Origin: an uncultured Boseongicola sp.
GTDB taxonomy: Bacteria; Actinomycetota; Acidimicrobiia; Spongiisociales; ZC4RG35
Assembly: GCA_964194555.1 (NCBI GenBank)
Contig: CAXMMT010000007.1
Coordinates: forward strand, 1,117-65,116
Direction of reading: 5' to 3'
Length of the DNA: 64,000 nt
Under the pieces are notes generated by a model. The model searched no databases, was not told where the DNA came from, and saw nothing but the letters and a program-made list of their open reading frames with translations. Each line of letters begins with the position of its first letter. Position 1 is the stretch's first letter. Positions 54,495 through 63,722 of this stretch are shown here, in pieces. The translations under genes and the position numbers were made by a program.

Positions 54495-54799
54495 CTGACC
54501 TCCTCGCCATCCTCGCGGTCGGCACCGGAACCTATCTGAGCCGGGGGGTATTCATCCTTGCCCTTGCCAACAAGAAGATTCCCGACTCTGTGCTGGTTGC
54601 GCTTCAGTTCGTGGCGCCGGCGGTGCTGAGTGCGTTGATAGTGGCGCTCCTGATCGACAATGACGGGAACATCGCCATCGGAGTTGCCGAGGTATCAGCT
54701 TTTGTCGTAGGGGGCGCCGTGGCATACAAGACCCGCAACCACATCTTCACTCTGATCGCAGGTATGGGTGTGTTCTGGCTGATTCGGGCCCTGATATGA
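54491..54799 (+). CDS. azlD: AzlD family protein
   Basis: 102 aa, 3-4 TM, with a 4-nt overlap with azlC. Confidence 0.78.
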   Translation: MTDLLAILAVGTGTYLSRGVFILALANKKIPDSVLVALQFVAPAVLSALIVALLIDNDGNIAIGVAEVSAFVVGGAVAYKTRNHIFTLIAGMGVFWLIRALI

Positions 54800-54846
54800 G
54801 AGAAGGGGCTCGAAGGCCCCTTCTCTACTCTGTCGGCTCTTGGATC

Positions 54847-56244
54847 TCAGCCGAATAGGTCTGCGATGAATCCGGTCTGGTTGGCGATGATCAACACCGT
54901 GAGAATCCACATCATGATGTGGATCTCCTTGAACTTTCCGCTTATCGCGTAGAGGAATGTGTGGGCAACAATCGCCAGACTGATGCCAAACGTGATCGAG
55001 AAGGTGAAGGGCATTCCAACAATCGCCAAGAATGCAGGTATCGATTTTCGATAATCTGTCCAGTCGACCTTGGTGGCACCGGTCATCATCATTGCTCCGA
55101 TGATGATCAGCGCACCTGAGGTCGCGATAGACGGTATGGCCTGCGCCAGCGGTGATAGGAACATCGCCGCAAAGAACAGGAGAGCAACGGTGAGAGCGGT
55201 GAGCCCGGTCTTTCCGCCCTCCTCGACCCCTGCCGCTGATTCGATGTAGGTGGTGGTGCTCGACGTTCCGAGCGCCGCACCTATCGAAGTGGCCGTTCCG
55301 TCGGCTGCGAACGCCGCACGGGGTGCCTGGATGTGTCCTTCGTCATCCAGCATCCCTGCTTTCTCGGTGAGCCCGATGAGGGTTCCCGCTGTGTCGAAGA
55401 AGTCGACAAAAAGGAAGGTGAACACAACGCTCACCACTCCGAGGGCAAAGGCCGCACCTAGATCCATGGCCAGGAACAGGTCGGTAGGCGCCGTGAACCC
55501 GACAATCGAGCCCCCAAAACCGCTGAAGGCCTCCAAACCCTCACCGCCATAGTTGTAGGCGTTGAGGTCGAAGATGATCACAACGGCGGTCACCATCACG
55601 ATCCCGATCATGATGGCGCCTTTGATCTTGTTCGCCAGAAGTGCGCCTGTAATCACAATGCCACCCAATGCCACCCAGGGAAGCCAGGTGCTGAAGTCAC
55701 CGACTTGGACGAAGGTGGCCCCCGAATCCTGAATGAAGCCCGCTCCGATGAAGCCAATGATCGCCAGGAACGCCCCGATGCCGGCCGTGATGGCGTGCTT
55801 CAGATGCAACGGAATGGCATTCAAGATCCACTCGCGCATGCCGGTGAGGGCAATGACCACGAAGAGGATTCCTGAGATGAAGACCGCGCCAAGCGCCGTC
55901 TGCCAGGGAATACCCAGGGTGAGAACGACCGTGAACGTGAAATACGCGTTCAGACCCATTCCCGGGGCCATGGCGAAGGGGAGCCTGGCCCATAGGGCCA
56001 TTATCAGTGTCCCGATGCCGGCCGCGAGCGCCGTGACGGTCAGGAGTTGGGGAAACGCTCCCTCGAAGTCGATAGCGTTGGAGAGAATCGCCGGATTCAC
56101 AAAGATGATGTAGGCCATCGCCAGGAATGTGGTGATGCCCGCCCTCACCTCCTGTGAAGTAGACGAGCCCCTCTCGCTTATCTGGAAATAGCGATCGAGC
56201 CCGCTGGTGTCGCCTGTTTCCGGCGGCGTTTCCGTTATCGCCAT
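54847..56244 (-). CDS. NCS2-family purine (adenine/guanine/hypoxanthine) permease
   Basis: ATG at 56244 (MAITETPPE...) has a GGGAGGAG RBS. ...LDRYFQISERGSSTSQEVRAGITTFLAMAYIIFVNPAIL... is typical of AzgA/PbuG-type permeases. Confidence 0.88.
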   Translation of the reverse strand: MAITETPPETGDTSGLDRYFQISERGSSTSQEVRAGITTFLAMAYIIFVNPAILSNAIDFEGAFPQLLTVTALAAGIGTLIMALWARLPFAMAPGMGLNAYFTFTVVLTLGIPWQTALGAVFISGILFVVIALTGMREWILNAIPLHLKHAITAGIGAFLAIIGFIGAGFIQDSGATFVQVGDFSTWLPWVALGGIVITGALLANKIKGAIMIGIVMVTAVVIIFDLNAYNYGGEGLEAFSGFGGSIVGFTAPTDLFLAMDLGAAFALGVVSVVFTFLFVDFFDTAGTLIGLTEKAGMLDDEGHIQAPRAAFAADGTATSIGAALGTSSTTTYIESAAGVEEGGKTGLTALTVALLFFAAMFLSPLAQAIPSIATSGALIIIGAMMMTGATKVDWTDYRKSIPAFLAIVGMPFTFSITFGISLAIVAHTFLYAISGKFKEIHIMMWILTVLIIANQTGFIADLFG

Positions 56245-56364
56245 TCGAGGTCTCCTCCCTGTGGATGGCGACACAAAGGTACCGATCGGAACATGGTCGA
56301 TGTCGTCTGGAGTTTCAGATGGTTTTCGCGAACTGCCGCAGTCTCCCCTGTTGAGCCTGAAGCC

Positions 56365-56727
56365 CTATGCGCCGGCGAGTGTTGTCGCCTGGACGAATCT
56401 CAGTTTCCAGGAGTCGTCAGTGTTGACCCATATCGATGACCGCCGCGCCCGCTGAGGCGAGCCGTTGTTGATGACGGTGTTCTCGTATGTCACGAGAGCC
56501 ACGGTCGGAGCGAGAAGCTCGACGTCGAAGTTGTTGAACGGAAACTCCACTTTGAGGTCGCTCGCCTCTGACTCGATGAGATCGTCGCGGTCGTAAACGT
56601 GGCCGAACCGGCAGAAGTCGGTGAAATCCTGAGCGAGGATCCCATCGAGGAATCCACTGTCCGATCGGGTCTCCTGGCGCCAGAGACCCTCCTCGAGGGC
56701 CCTGAAGAACTCAACATCGGTAGTCAT
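56365..56727 (-). CDS. DUF4440 / SnoaL-like (NTF2 fold) protein
   Basis: 120 aa. ...FFRALEEGLWRQETRSDSGFLDGILAQDF..., C-terminal RRSSIWVNTDDSWKLRFVQAT. Confidence 0.72.
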   Translation of the reverse strand: MTTDVEFFRALEEGLWRQETRSDSGFLDGILAQDFTDFCRFGHVYDRDDLIESEASDLKVEFPFNNFDVELLAPTVALVTYENTVINNGSPQRARRSSIWVNTDDSWKLRFVQATTLAGA

Positions 56728-57056
56728 GGGACTGAGTATCCCACGGCCTCGATCACAGCATCGAGGGGAAGAGGGCCATAGATATGTGGGAACAGCTCGT
56801 TCGGCTCATACAGATCCTCGTACACGAGCCTCGATCCCACCTTCACTGCGGCGATGGAAAGCAGGGTCAAGTCGTCCCGTCCTGCGTAGAGGCTGCTGGC
56901 GACACGGTCGAGTTGGGCCGCTGTAGAGCAGTGGATGAAACCCTCTTCTTCGAAGCCGGCGGGGGTGTAGGAGTCCGACCGGGATGCCCAGGCTTCGGTT
57001 TCCGCAATGTGGAAGACGTGGGCCGGTCGCTGAACTGCACCGACCCCGTAGAACAT
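56724..57056 (-). CDS. DUF952 family protein
   Basis: VFHIAETEAW...EEEGFIHCSTAAQLDRVASSLYAGRDDLTLLSI...FPHIYGPLPLDAV. ATG at 57056. It overlaps the downstream gene by 4 nt. Confidence 0.75.
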   Translation of the reverse strand: MFYGVGAVQRPAHVFHIAETEAWASRSDSYTPAGFEEEGFIHCSTAAQLDRVASSLYAGRDDLTLLSIAAVKVGSRLVYEDLYEPNELFPHIYGPLPLDAVIEAVGYSVP

Positions 57057-57067
57057 TGCCCCCGACG

Positions 57068-57403
57068 CTAGAGCGCCCTCATTCGGTTGCCGCGTGCGTT
57101 GTGCTCGACCTCGGCAAGGCCCATCGCCTCGAGAACAGGAGATACGTAGTTGCCAACTCTTCCCCGGAGACCCTTCTTCAGGCCGTACCAACCGCCGATC
57201 GGGTTGTCGTCCGAACGTGCCCAAGCTTCGACCGATCCCTCCTTCGCAGACTTCTGCTCGTCGGCGTTGCCGAGTTCCATCCAATCACCGTGCTCGACCA
57301 GCATCGTGTGCATGTCGTCAACGATGCGAAGGTCGTAGTGGAGGACGGTCTTGCCGACTGTGCACACCAGGATCGGTGGGTCGTGCTCCTCGTCACGATG
57401 CAT
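57068..57403 (-). CDS. Hypothetical protein
   Basis: 111-aa ORF with coding-like composition. No motif recognised with confidence. Confidence 0.45.
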   Translation of the reverse strand: MHRDEEHDPPILVCTVGKTVLHYDLRIVDDMHTMLVEHGDWMELGNADEQKSAKEGSVEAWARSDDNPIGGWYGLKKGLRGRVGNYVSPVLEAMGLAEVEHNARGNRMRAL

Positions 57404-57478
57404 CTGGAATTGTGATCGCAGACTTGGTGTCGACGCCAGTCCCGGTGAATTCAGCTGGACTCATGGTTCACCTCATTG

Positions 57479-57880
57479 TTAGACGCCGTGGGCCACCTGG
57501 CGCTCGTACTCGTCGGCGTCAAAGGTGCCAATCGACTCCTGGACGAGCCTATCGGCATTGAACGTCCACGCTTCCCATCCGCTGAATCGAACGGCGTTGC
57601 CGGTTCCCCCCGGCGCGGTGTTGGTCCCTTCGTAGGTCCACGAGTAGATCGCCCTGCGACCGGCTCCTCGAATCTGATCCATGATCACCACGGTGTCGGG
57701 GAAGGCGTCGAAAAAGCCCTGGAAGACCTCGGCAAGGGCAACCCGCCCGACAGCCCGATCACCATCGTTGACCGTGATCGAGCCATCCTCCGCGAAGAAG
57801 GAGGCGACCGCCTCGGCGTCGTGTGAGCACCAGGCCGCCGTGTAGCGAGTGGCGAATTCTTCAAGCTCTTTGGGACCCAT
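57479..57880 (-). CDS. SnoaL-like / ester-cyclase (NTF2 fold) protein
   Basis: 133 aa. ...FATRYTAAWCSHDAEAVASFFAEDGSITVNDG... Confidence 0.75.
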   Translation of the reverse strand: MGPKELEEFATRYTAAWCSHDAEAVASFFAEDGSITVNDGDRAVGRVALAEVFQGFFDAFPDTVVIMDQIRGAGRRAIYSWTYEGTNTAPGGTGNAVRFSGWEAWTFNADRLVQESIGTFDADEYERQVAHGV

Positions 57881-57898
57881 TCTGTCAAGGTTACGCGT

Positions 57899-60800
57899 TC
57901 AGCTGCAGCCGGTGGTGTCCCCACATGTGAGGCAGACGTAGCAACTCCCGTTGCGGATGGTCATATGACCACAGTTGGAGCACACCGGGGAATCACCCAT
58001 GTTTCCCGAGAGCACCATGTCGGATGTGGCCGCGTTGTCGCCGGCGGCCATCGCGGCAGCTACTGCGGTGACAACCTTCTCCACCATCGGCTCCGGCACG
58101 GTTCCGTTGGGTGAGTCGACAAACTCGGCCGCCCGTCGCAGCACTTCGACATCACCTTCGGTCACAGCGTCGCTCAGATCGAGCTGCAGTCCCGCTTCGA
58201 CCGCCAGGCCCTTCGGCGGTGCGGCGAGGCCACCCTCGCGATCCGGTGGAACCTGGGCGAGTTCATCCCGTTCCAGGTATTCGACGCCAAGCGCCCGGAA
58301 CACATAGTCGATGATCGAGTTGGCCATCTTGATGTTCTCATGACCCTCGACCATTCCTCGGGGCTCGAATGTCTGGAACGTGAACGAGTCTACGAACTCC
58401 TCCAACGGCACTCCGTACTGGAGACCCTTGGACACGGCAATGGCAAAACAACTGAGGATGCCTTTGAGAGTCGCCCCTTCCTTGGCCAGGTCGATGAAGA
58501 TCTCACCCAAGGTTCCGTCTTCGTACTCACCGGTGCGCAGATAGACCTTGTGGCCACCAACGCGGGCCTCCTGGAGATACCCGGCACGTCGGGCGGGAAG
58601 CAGAAACCGGGGTGGCTGCATTCCCTGGGCGTATGCCTGGCTTGGCGAGGTTCCCGCCGGGAGGTTGCCCCAGTGGATCGCCTTCTCCTGCTCGACAGCA
58701 GCGGTGATTTCGGCGGCTTCCTCCTCGCTCTCCTCGCCTTCGTCGGCCGTGGAGTTGAGGGGTTGTACTGCCTTCGACCCATCCCGGTAGAGAGCCATGG
58801 CCTTGAGACCCCACTCCCACGAGAGGTGGTATGCCTCCTCGATGGTCTCGGTGTCTACCTCATTGGGCATATTAATGGTCTTCGAGATTGCTCCCGAAAT
58901 GAAAGGCTGAGCTGCCGCCATCATCTTGATATGGCCGTTGTGGTGAATGAACCGCCTGCCGTATTTCCCGTTCTTGTTGGCAGTGTCGAAGACACTGAGG
59001 TGTTCGTCTTTGATATGAGGTGCGTTTTCTATGGTCTGTCGACCGCAGATGTGGTCGTTGGCCTCTGTGATCTGCCCTTTGCTGAACCCGAGTGCCTTGA
59101 GCAGATCGAAGTTCCACGAGGTGTACTCGTCCACTCCGAAGCCGAGTCGCTGCAATGTTGCCTCGCCAAATGTGAAGACGTTGAACGCGTGCTTCAGGTC
59201 GAAAACCCCGGGGAGCATTGCCTCGAGCTTTGCCAGGTCGTTGCTGTCGAAGCCCTTCTCGGCCAAAGCCAGATCGTTGATGTGTGGAGCGCCCTCGATC
59301 GAACTGGTCCCGACGATGTACTGCACTACGTCATTGATCTCATTGAGGCTGTAGCCGAGGCTGGTCAGGGCCGGTGCTACCGACTGGTTGACGATCTTGA
59401 AGTAACCCCCGCCGGCGAGCTTCTTGAACTTGACGAGGGCAAAGTCAGGCTCGACACCCGTAGTATCACAATCCATTAGAAGCCCGATTGTGTTGTGGGA
59501 GACAAAACCATTGGCGACATAGGTCACGTTGTTCGGGACCGACAAGTCATAGGTCAGCTGCTCCTCACCTAACTCGGCCGATGCGACACGGTCATAGAAG
59601 AAGCCGAGGAGGTGACCCAGCTCGGGGTCACCGGTCCGCTCATAGAGCTTCTGTGCCGAGCGTCGTGATACGAGACCGTTCCGACTGAGGGCCAACAGCA
59701 ATGTCTTGCGCAGGCTGTCGTTATCGGGCGCAAGCCGATCGATCATGTCCCTACTCACAGGGATGTGATCGCAGCGAGCGGCTTGTTGGACATCGATTTC
59801 TCGAACTGCTGACTGCTTTCGATCACTCATGAACCCGATCTGGGCTCCCCAAAGCTCGCCGTAGGAGAGGTTGAGTACACGAAGAACAGCCAATGGCGAG
59901 TTCCCCCAACCGGTTGTGTCGTACTTTCTTGTGGTGGGGATACCCAGGGCAAGCATCAGCGATTGCACGTCGTGCGAGAAGTCGATGCTGGTTGTCGACC
60001 ATGACTGGTAGCCAGCAGGATGGACCGTTCCATCTGCCTCGAATAGCCCTCTCAAAAAAGGCGAATAGACCGCCGGGCTGTTCGTGTGCAGGATTGTGTC
60101 AGGGATGTGTGGATGCCAGCCTTTCCCGGTGTGGCCTTCCACGGGAGCATGTTTGGCGAGTCCTGCTGCTTGCCACCACAGAGCGAGCGCCACCGAGTGG
60201 AAGGCAACTTCGTGGTAGCCGGTTTTCTTCGTCACGTGAGCTTCGAGGCTGAATAACTCCTTTCCGAGCGTGGAGAGCCTCTCCACGACATCGAAGTCTC
60301 CGGCAGTCACAGCGAGACGGATTCCCTTCGCGTGCAATGAGCCGTCACCCATGAAATAGCCGACGAACTCAGCTAACTCAGGCGTGACCGTCTCCGGCAC
60401 CCTCGTCGTGAAGTCACCGGTCCAATGCATCTCGCCAAGCAGGGGGAGCCTTACCTCCTGTGGCTCCCCGACGAGTTGGTCAAACTGAAGAGGGACGAGG
60501 TCCTCAGCTTTGATCTCGCTGAATCGTTTCCAAACCCATTCGCCATCCTCTTTGGCGACCTTGATCCGGTGGGTCGGCGTTCCCTGGATGCGAAAGCCGC
60601 GGTGCGTGCCCACTGTGACCACGGGTTCCACCCCGTTGACATAGAATTGCTCAGCTCTTCTCGGGCCCTCGTCGGTCGAGACCCGAACTCCGAGATCCTG
60701 CCATTGTGCACCATTCGGGTCGCCAAGCGACTTGAGACGCACCAGTCCTCTCTCGGTCGGAATAAGTGATCCCCCGACCAGACACCCGGTTGGCGCCAAA

Positions 60801-62572
60801 ACACTTGACTGTGCGTTGCGATAGCCGGTTTTCTCGCCACGTTCGAGAGCGAGATCCCATGATTCGCGAGCCGCGGTAAGTAGATCGTCGGGACAGACGT
60901 CTGGATCGATACCCATCACCTTGGTGGTGATGGCGTCGAAGTCGTCGCCGTCATAAGCAGCCACCCGATGGTTGCGGATCACCCGGAGCATTGAGTCCCG
61001 GTTCTCCTCGAACTTGGGGAACGGCCCGACCACTCCTGCAATCTCGGCAGAGGTGGCGTAGGAGAACCCGGTGAGGATGGAGGTCATCGCCCCGGCGATG
61101 GCACGACCCTCATCGGAGTCGTATGCGATGCCCTGACGCATCAGCAATGATCCGAGGTTGGCGTAGCCAAGGCCGAGCGTTCGATAGTCGTATGAGCCCT
61201 GGGCGATCTCCTCCGAGGGGAAGTGGGCCATTGCCACCGAGATCTCCAGCACGATGGTCCAGATCCGGATGGCGTGCTTGTAGGAGTCGATGTCGAAGAT
61301 ACCGGTCTCGTCGTCATAGAACCTGACCAGATTGACCGACGCCAGGTTGCAAGCGGTGTCGTCCAGAAAAAGATATTCCGAGCAGGGATTACTTGCCCGA
61401 ATGCGACCGCCGGCCGGACTGGTGTGCCACTCGTTGATCGTGGTGTCGAACTGGAGACCGGGGTCGGCGCATGCCCACGCAGCCTCGGCGATCCGTGACC
61501 ACAAGTCGCGCGCTTTGATCGTCTTGCGGACTGACCCGTCGGTGCGGTTGATCAGATCCCAGTCATTGTCACGCTCGACTGCTCTGACGAAGTCGTTGGT
61601 GATGCGGACAGAGTTGTTTGAGTTCTGACCGGAGACGGTGGCATATGCCTCTCCGTTGAAGTCTGCCGGGAAGCCACCATGGTTGATGAGGAGCTTGGCC
61701 TTCTCTTCCTCGACTTTCTTCCAGTCGACGAAGGTCTCGATGTCGGGATGGTCGCCATCGAGGATGACCATTTTGGCGGCGCGACGGGTTGTTCCCCCCG
61801 ACTTTATCGCGCCTGCCGCCCGATCTCCGATCTTGAGGAAAGACATGACGCCCGAGCTTTTGCCTCCACCGGAGAGCTGCTCGTTCTCCCCGCGGATCGA
61901 GGAGAAGTTGGAACCAGCACCTGACCCGAACTTGAAGATACGAGCCTCACGAACCCACAAATCCATGATCCCACCCGGGTTCACCAGGTCGTCGCTGACC
62001 GACAAGATGTAGCAGGCGTGAGGTGTTGGTCTGCTGTACGAGTCAGGGGAGGAAACGAGTTCCTCAGTCTCTCCATCGACGTACCAGAGTCCTTGGGGTG
62101 GTCCAGTCAGCCCGTAGGCCTGATGGAGACCGGTGTTGAACCATTGTGGCGAATTGGGCGCGGCCATCTGGGTGGCGAGCATGTAGCGAAGCTCGTCCTC
62201 GAAGGCCTCGGCGTCATCGGTCGACGCGAAGTAGCCCTCCTTCTCACCCCAGTGCTTCCAGGTGCCTGCCAGCCGATCGAAGACTTGCTTGGCGGAACGC
62301 TCGGGACCAGTGACGGGATTGCCGTTGTCATCGACAAGGGCCGTGCCTTCATCGTCGTACTGGGGGACCCCGGCCTTGCGGAAGTACTTGGACACCATGA
62401 TGTCAGAGGCGACCTGGCTCCATTGGGCGGGGATCTCGGCGTCGGTCATCTCAAAGACGACTGAACCGTCGGGATTGGCGATTCTGGAGTCACGAGTCGA
62501 CCACTCCAGTTGGTCGTATGGGTCGTTACCAGCCTCGGTGAAGCGACGGGTTATCCGTAGGCCTTCGCTCAT
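57899..62572 (-). CDS. nrdJ: Class II (adenosylcobalamin-dependent) ribonucleotide reductase, intein-containing precursor
   Basis: ATG at 62572 with a GGAGGAGG RBS. N-terminus MSEGLRITRRFTEAGNDPYDQLEWSTRDSRI.... Active-site region SNPCSEYLFLDDTACNLASVNL. C-terminal Zn-ribbon CSNCGHMTIRNGSCYVCLTCG. The tracked extension to 62833 is rejected. Confidence 0.95.
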   Translation of the reverse strand: MSEGLRITRRFTEAGNDPYDQLEWSTRDSRIANPDGSVVFEMTDAEIPAQWSQVASDIMVSKYFRKAGVPQYDDEGTALVDDNGNPVTGPERSAKQVFDRLAGTWKHWGEKEGYFASTDDAEAFEDELRYMLATQMAAPNSPQWFNTGLHQAYGLTGPPQGLWYVDGETEELVSSPDSYSRPTPHACYILSVSDDLVNPGGIMDLWVREARIFKFGSGAGSNFSSIRGENEQLSGGGKSSGVMSFLKIGDRAAGAIKSGGTTRRAAKMVILDGDHPDIETFVDWKKVEEEKAKLLINHGGFPADFNGEAYATVSGQNSNNSVRITNDFVRAVERDNDWDLINRTDGSVRKTIKARDLWSRIAEAAWACADPGLQFDTTINEWHTSPAGGRIRASNPCSEYLFLDDTACNLASVNLVRFYDDETGIFDIDSYKHAIRIWTIVLEISVAMAHFPSEEIAQGSYDYRTLGLGYANLGSLLMRQGIAYDSDEGRAIAGAMTSILTGFSYATSAEIAGVVGPFPKFEENRDSMLRVIRNHRVAAYDGDDFDAITTKVMGIDPDVCPDDLLTAARESWDLALERGEKTGYRNAQSSVLAPTGCLVGGSLIPTERGLVRLKSLGDPNGAQWQDLGVRVSTDEGPRRAEQFYVNGVEPVVTVGTHRGFRIQGTPTHRIKVAKEDGEWVWKRFSEIKAEDLVPLQFDQLVGEPQEVRLPLLGEMHWTGDFTTRVPETVTPELAEFVGYFMGDGSLHAKGIRLAVTAGDFDVVERLSTLGKELFSLEAHVTKKTGYHEVAFHSVALALWWQAAGLAKHAPVEGHTGKGWHPHIPDTILHTNSPAVYSPFLRGLFEADGTVHPAGYQSWSTTSIDFSHDVQSLMLALGIPTTRKYDTTGWGNSPLAVLRVLNLSYGELWGAQIGFMSDRKQSAVREIDVQQAARCDHIPVSRDMIDRLAPDNDSLRKTLLLALSRNGLVSRRSAQKLYERTGDPELGHLLGFFYDRVASAELGEEQLTYDLSVPNNVTYVANGFVSHNTIGLLMDCDTTGVEPDFALVKFKKLAGGGYFKIVNQSVAPALTSLGYSLNEINDVVQYIVGTSSIEGAPHINDLALAEKGFDSNDLAKLEAMLPGVFDLKHAFNVFTFGEATLQRLGFGVDEYTSWNFDLLKALGFSKGQITEANDHICGRQTIENAPHIKDEHLSVFDTANKNGKYGRRFIHHNGHIKMMAAAQPFISGAISKTINMPNEVDTETIEEAYHLSWEWGLKAMALYRDGSKAVQPLNSTADEGEESEEEAAEITAAVEQEKAIHWGNLPAGTSPSQAYAQGMQPPRFLLPARRAGYLQEARVGGHKVYLRTGEYEDGTLGEIFIDLAKEGATLKGILSCFAIAVSKGLQYGVPLEEFVDSFTFQTFEPRGMVEGHENIKMANSIIDYVFRALGVEYLERDELAQVPPDREGGLAAPPKGLAVEAGLQLDLSDAVTEGDVEVLRRAAEFVDSPNGTVPEPMVEKVVTAVAAAMAAGDNAATSDMVLSGNMGDSPVCSNCGHMTIRNGSCYVCLTCGDTTGCS
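59492..60784 (-). mobile_element. Intein (431 aa) with LAGLIDADG homing-endonuclease domain inside nrdJ
   Basis: The N-extein ends ...SSVLAPTG and the intein starts CLVGGSLIPT. LAGLIDADG blocks are FVGYFMGDGS and FLRGLFEADGT. The intein ends ...NGFVSHN and the C-extein resumes TIGLLMDCDTTGVEPDF. Codon positions were counted from the tracked translation and checked on the sequence. Confidence 0.9.
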
Positions 62573-62642
62573 TGATTGTGCCTCCTCCGCACTTCTCTCG
62601 TTCCGGCCGCAGGACCGAAAACATGTCCATTCATAGCTCCCA

Positions 62643-62689
62643 CCACTAGATGCTGTGGTGTGCGGGGAAGTGTCCACTACACCTGGTAT
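62643..62689. promoter_or_regulatory. Possible tandem NrdR boxes upstream of nrdJ
   Basis: CCACTAGATGCTGTGG (62643-62658) and CCACTACACCTGGTAT (62674-62689) lie 31 bp apart centre to centre, 70-120 nt upstream of the nrdJ ATG. The first resembles the acaCwAtATaTwGtgt consensus. The second is weaker. Confidence 0.35.
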
Positions 62690-62921
62690 GGACTCCAACA
62701 CTGTAATTACACGCGTGCAACTCGTCAAGAACCAAGTTATCCACAGCTCGCGCAGCGTGCTCGGAGGACCAAAACGGCCATCCGGGCGGGGAAGTGAACG
62801 CCAAAACGGACGCTCAGGGGAAGTGACCGGCACCCTATATGGGTGTCGCCGGCTCAGCTAGTCCTATGTCTGATCAGTTTTCGCGGTCGGTGGTTTTAGC
62901 GTGTACACACGCTTCCGACGA

Positions 62922-63572
62922 TCAGCGCACCGGGTGATCCCAGGAGTCCTCGGGGCGACCGGTGTCGATCGTCCAGCGGGGCAGAAAGATCTGGACGAGT
63001 GGCCCCATCAAGAGCGCGTAGAGAACGGTGCCGATCCCGAAGGTACCTCCCAACAGCACCCCGACGACGAGAACCGTCACCTCCATGATCACTCTGGTCA
63101 GACGGATGGACGGTCCTCGGCGAACGATTGCGGTCATCAGTCCGTCACGAGGGCCCGGCCCGAGGTTGGCGCCGATGTACATCCCTGAGGTCACGGCAAC
63201 GAGGAGGATTCCGACGATCATCATCCCCGCGGCCCACCAGGTGTTCGGTGCCTCCGGGACCACGGCGGCCGTCACGTCGATCATCACGCCAATGACGATT
63301 GCATTGAGAAGCGTGCCGATCCCATAACGCTCACGAAGGGGGATCCAGAAGGCCAGGACGACAAAGGACACGAGGATCGACCAAATACCCACGGTTAGTC
63401 CCATCTGAACCGCCAGACCCTGGTGAAGGACATCCCATGGGGGAAGCCCCAACCCCGACCGAAGCATCAATCCGATCCCGATTCCGAAGAAGGTCAAGCC
63501 GATGACCAGCTGGACGAGACGTCTTCCCAAGCGAAGTCCGGTGACCGGGATGAACCAACGGGAGGTGTTCAA
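62922..63572 (-). CDS. YczE/YitT-like integral membrane protein
   Basis: 216 aa. ...LVQLVIGLTFFGIGIGLMLRSGLGLPPWDVLHQGL...GIGTLLNAIVIG.... Confidence 0.65.
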   Translation of the reverse strand: MNTSRWFIPVTGLRLGRRLVQLVIGLTFFGIGIGLMLRSGLGLPPWDVLHQGLAVQMGLTVGIWSILVSFVVLAFWIPLRERYGIGTLLNAIVIGVMIDVTAAVVPEAPNTWWAAGMMIVGILLVAVTSGMYIGANLGPGPRDGLMTAIVRRGPSIRLTRVIMEVTVLVVGVLLGGTFGIGTVLYALLMGPLVQIFLPRWTIDTGRPEDSWDHPVR

Positions 63573-63722
63573 GGTCGCTCGTCAACTTGGGTTTTGACAC
63601 TCTCCTCGCTGGTCACCATGTGCGAAGCGGGAGTTCGATCATCACGATCCTTGGGCAATGGGAATGAACATGGGCTCGAGCACGCTAACAATGGGGACCT
63701 GTACCCGAGAAAGGAAGCAAAG

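Noticed and set aside
56245-56364. Purine riboswitch upstream of the NCS2 purine permease.
   Set aside because: The gap is short, and I could not see the conserved purine-riboswitch junction sequences (UAUA...CCGUAAA-type core).
62573-62900. Cobalamin riboswitch in the nrdJ leader.
   Set aside because: I found no B12-box-like sequence. B12 riboswitches normally repress B12-independent RNRs rather than nrdJ.
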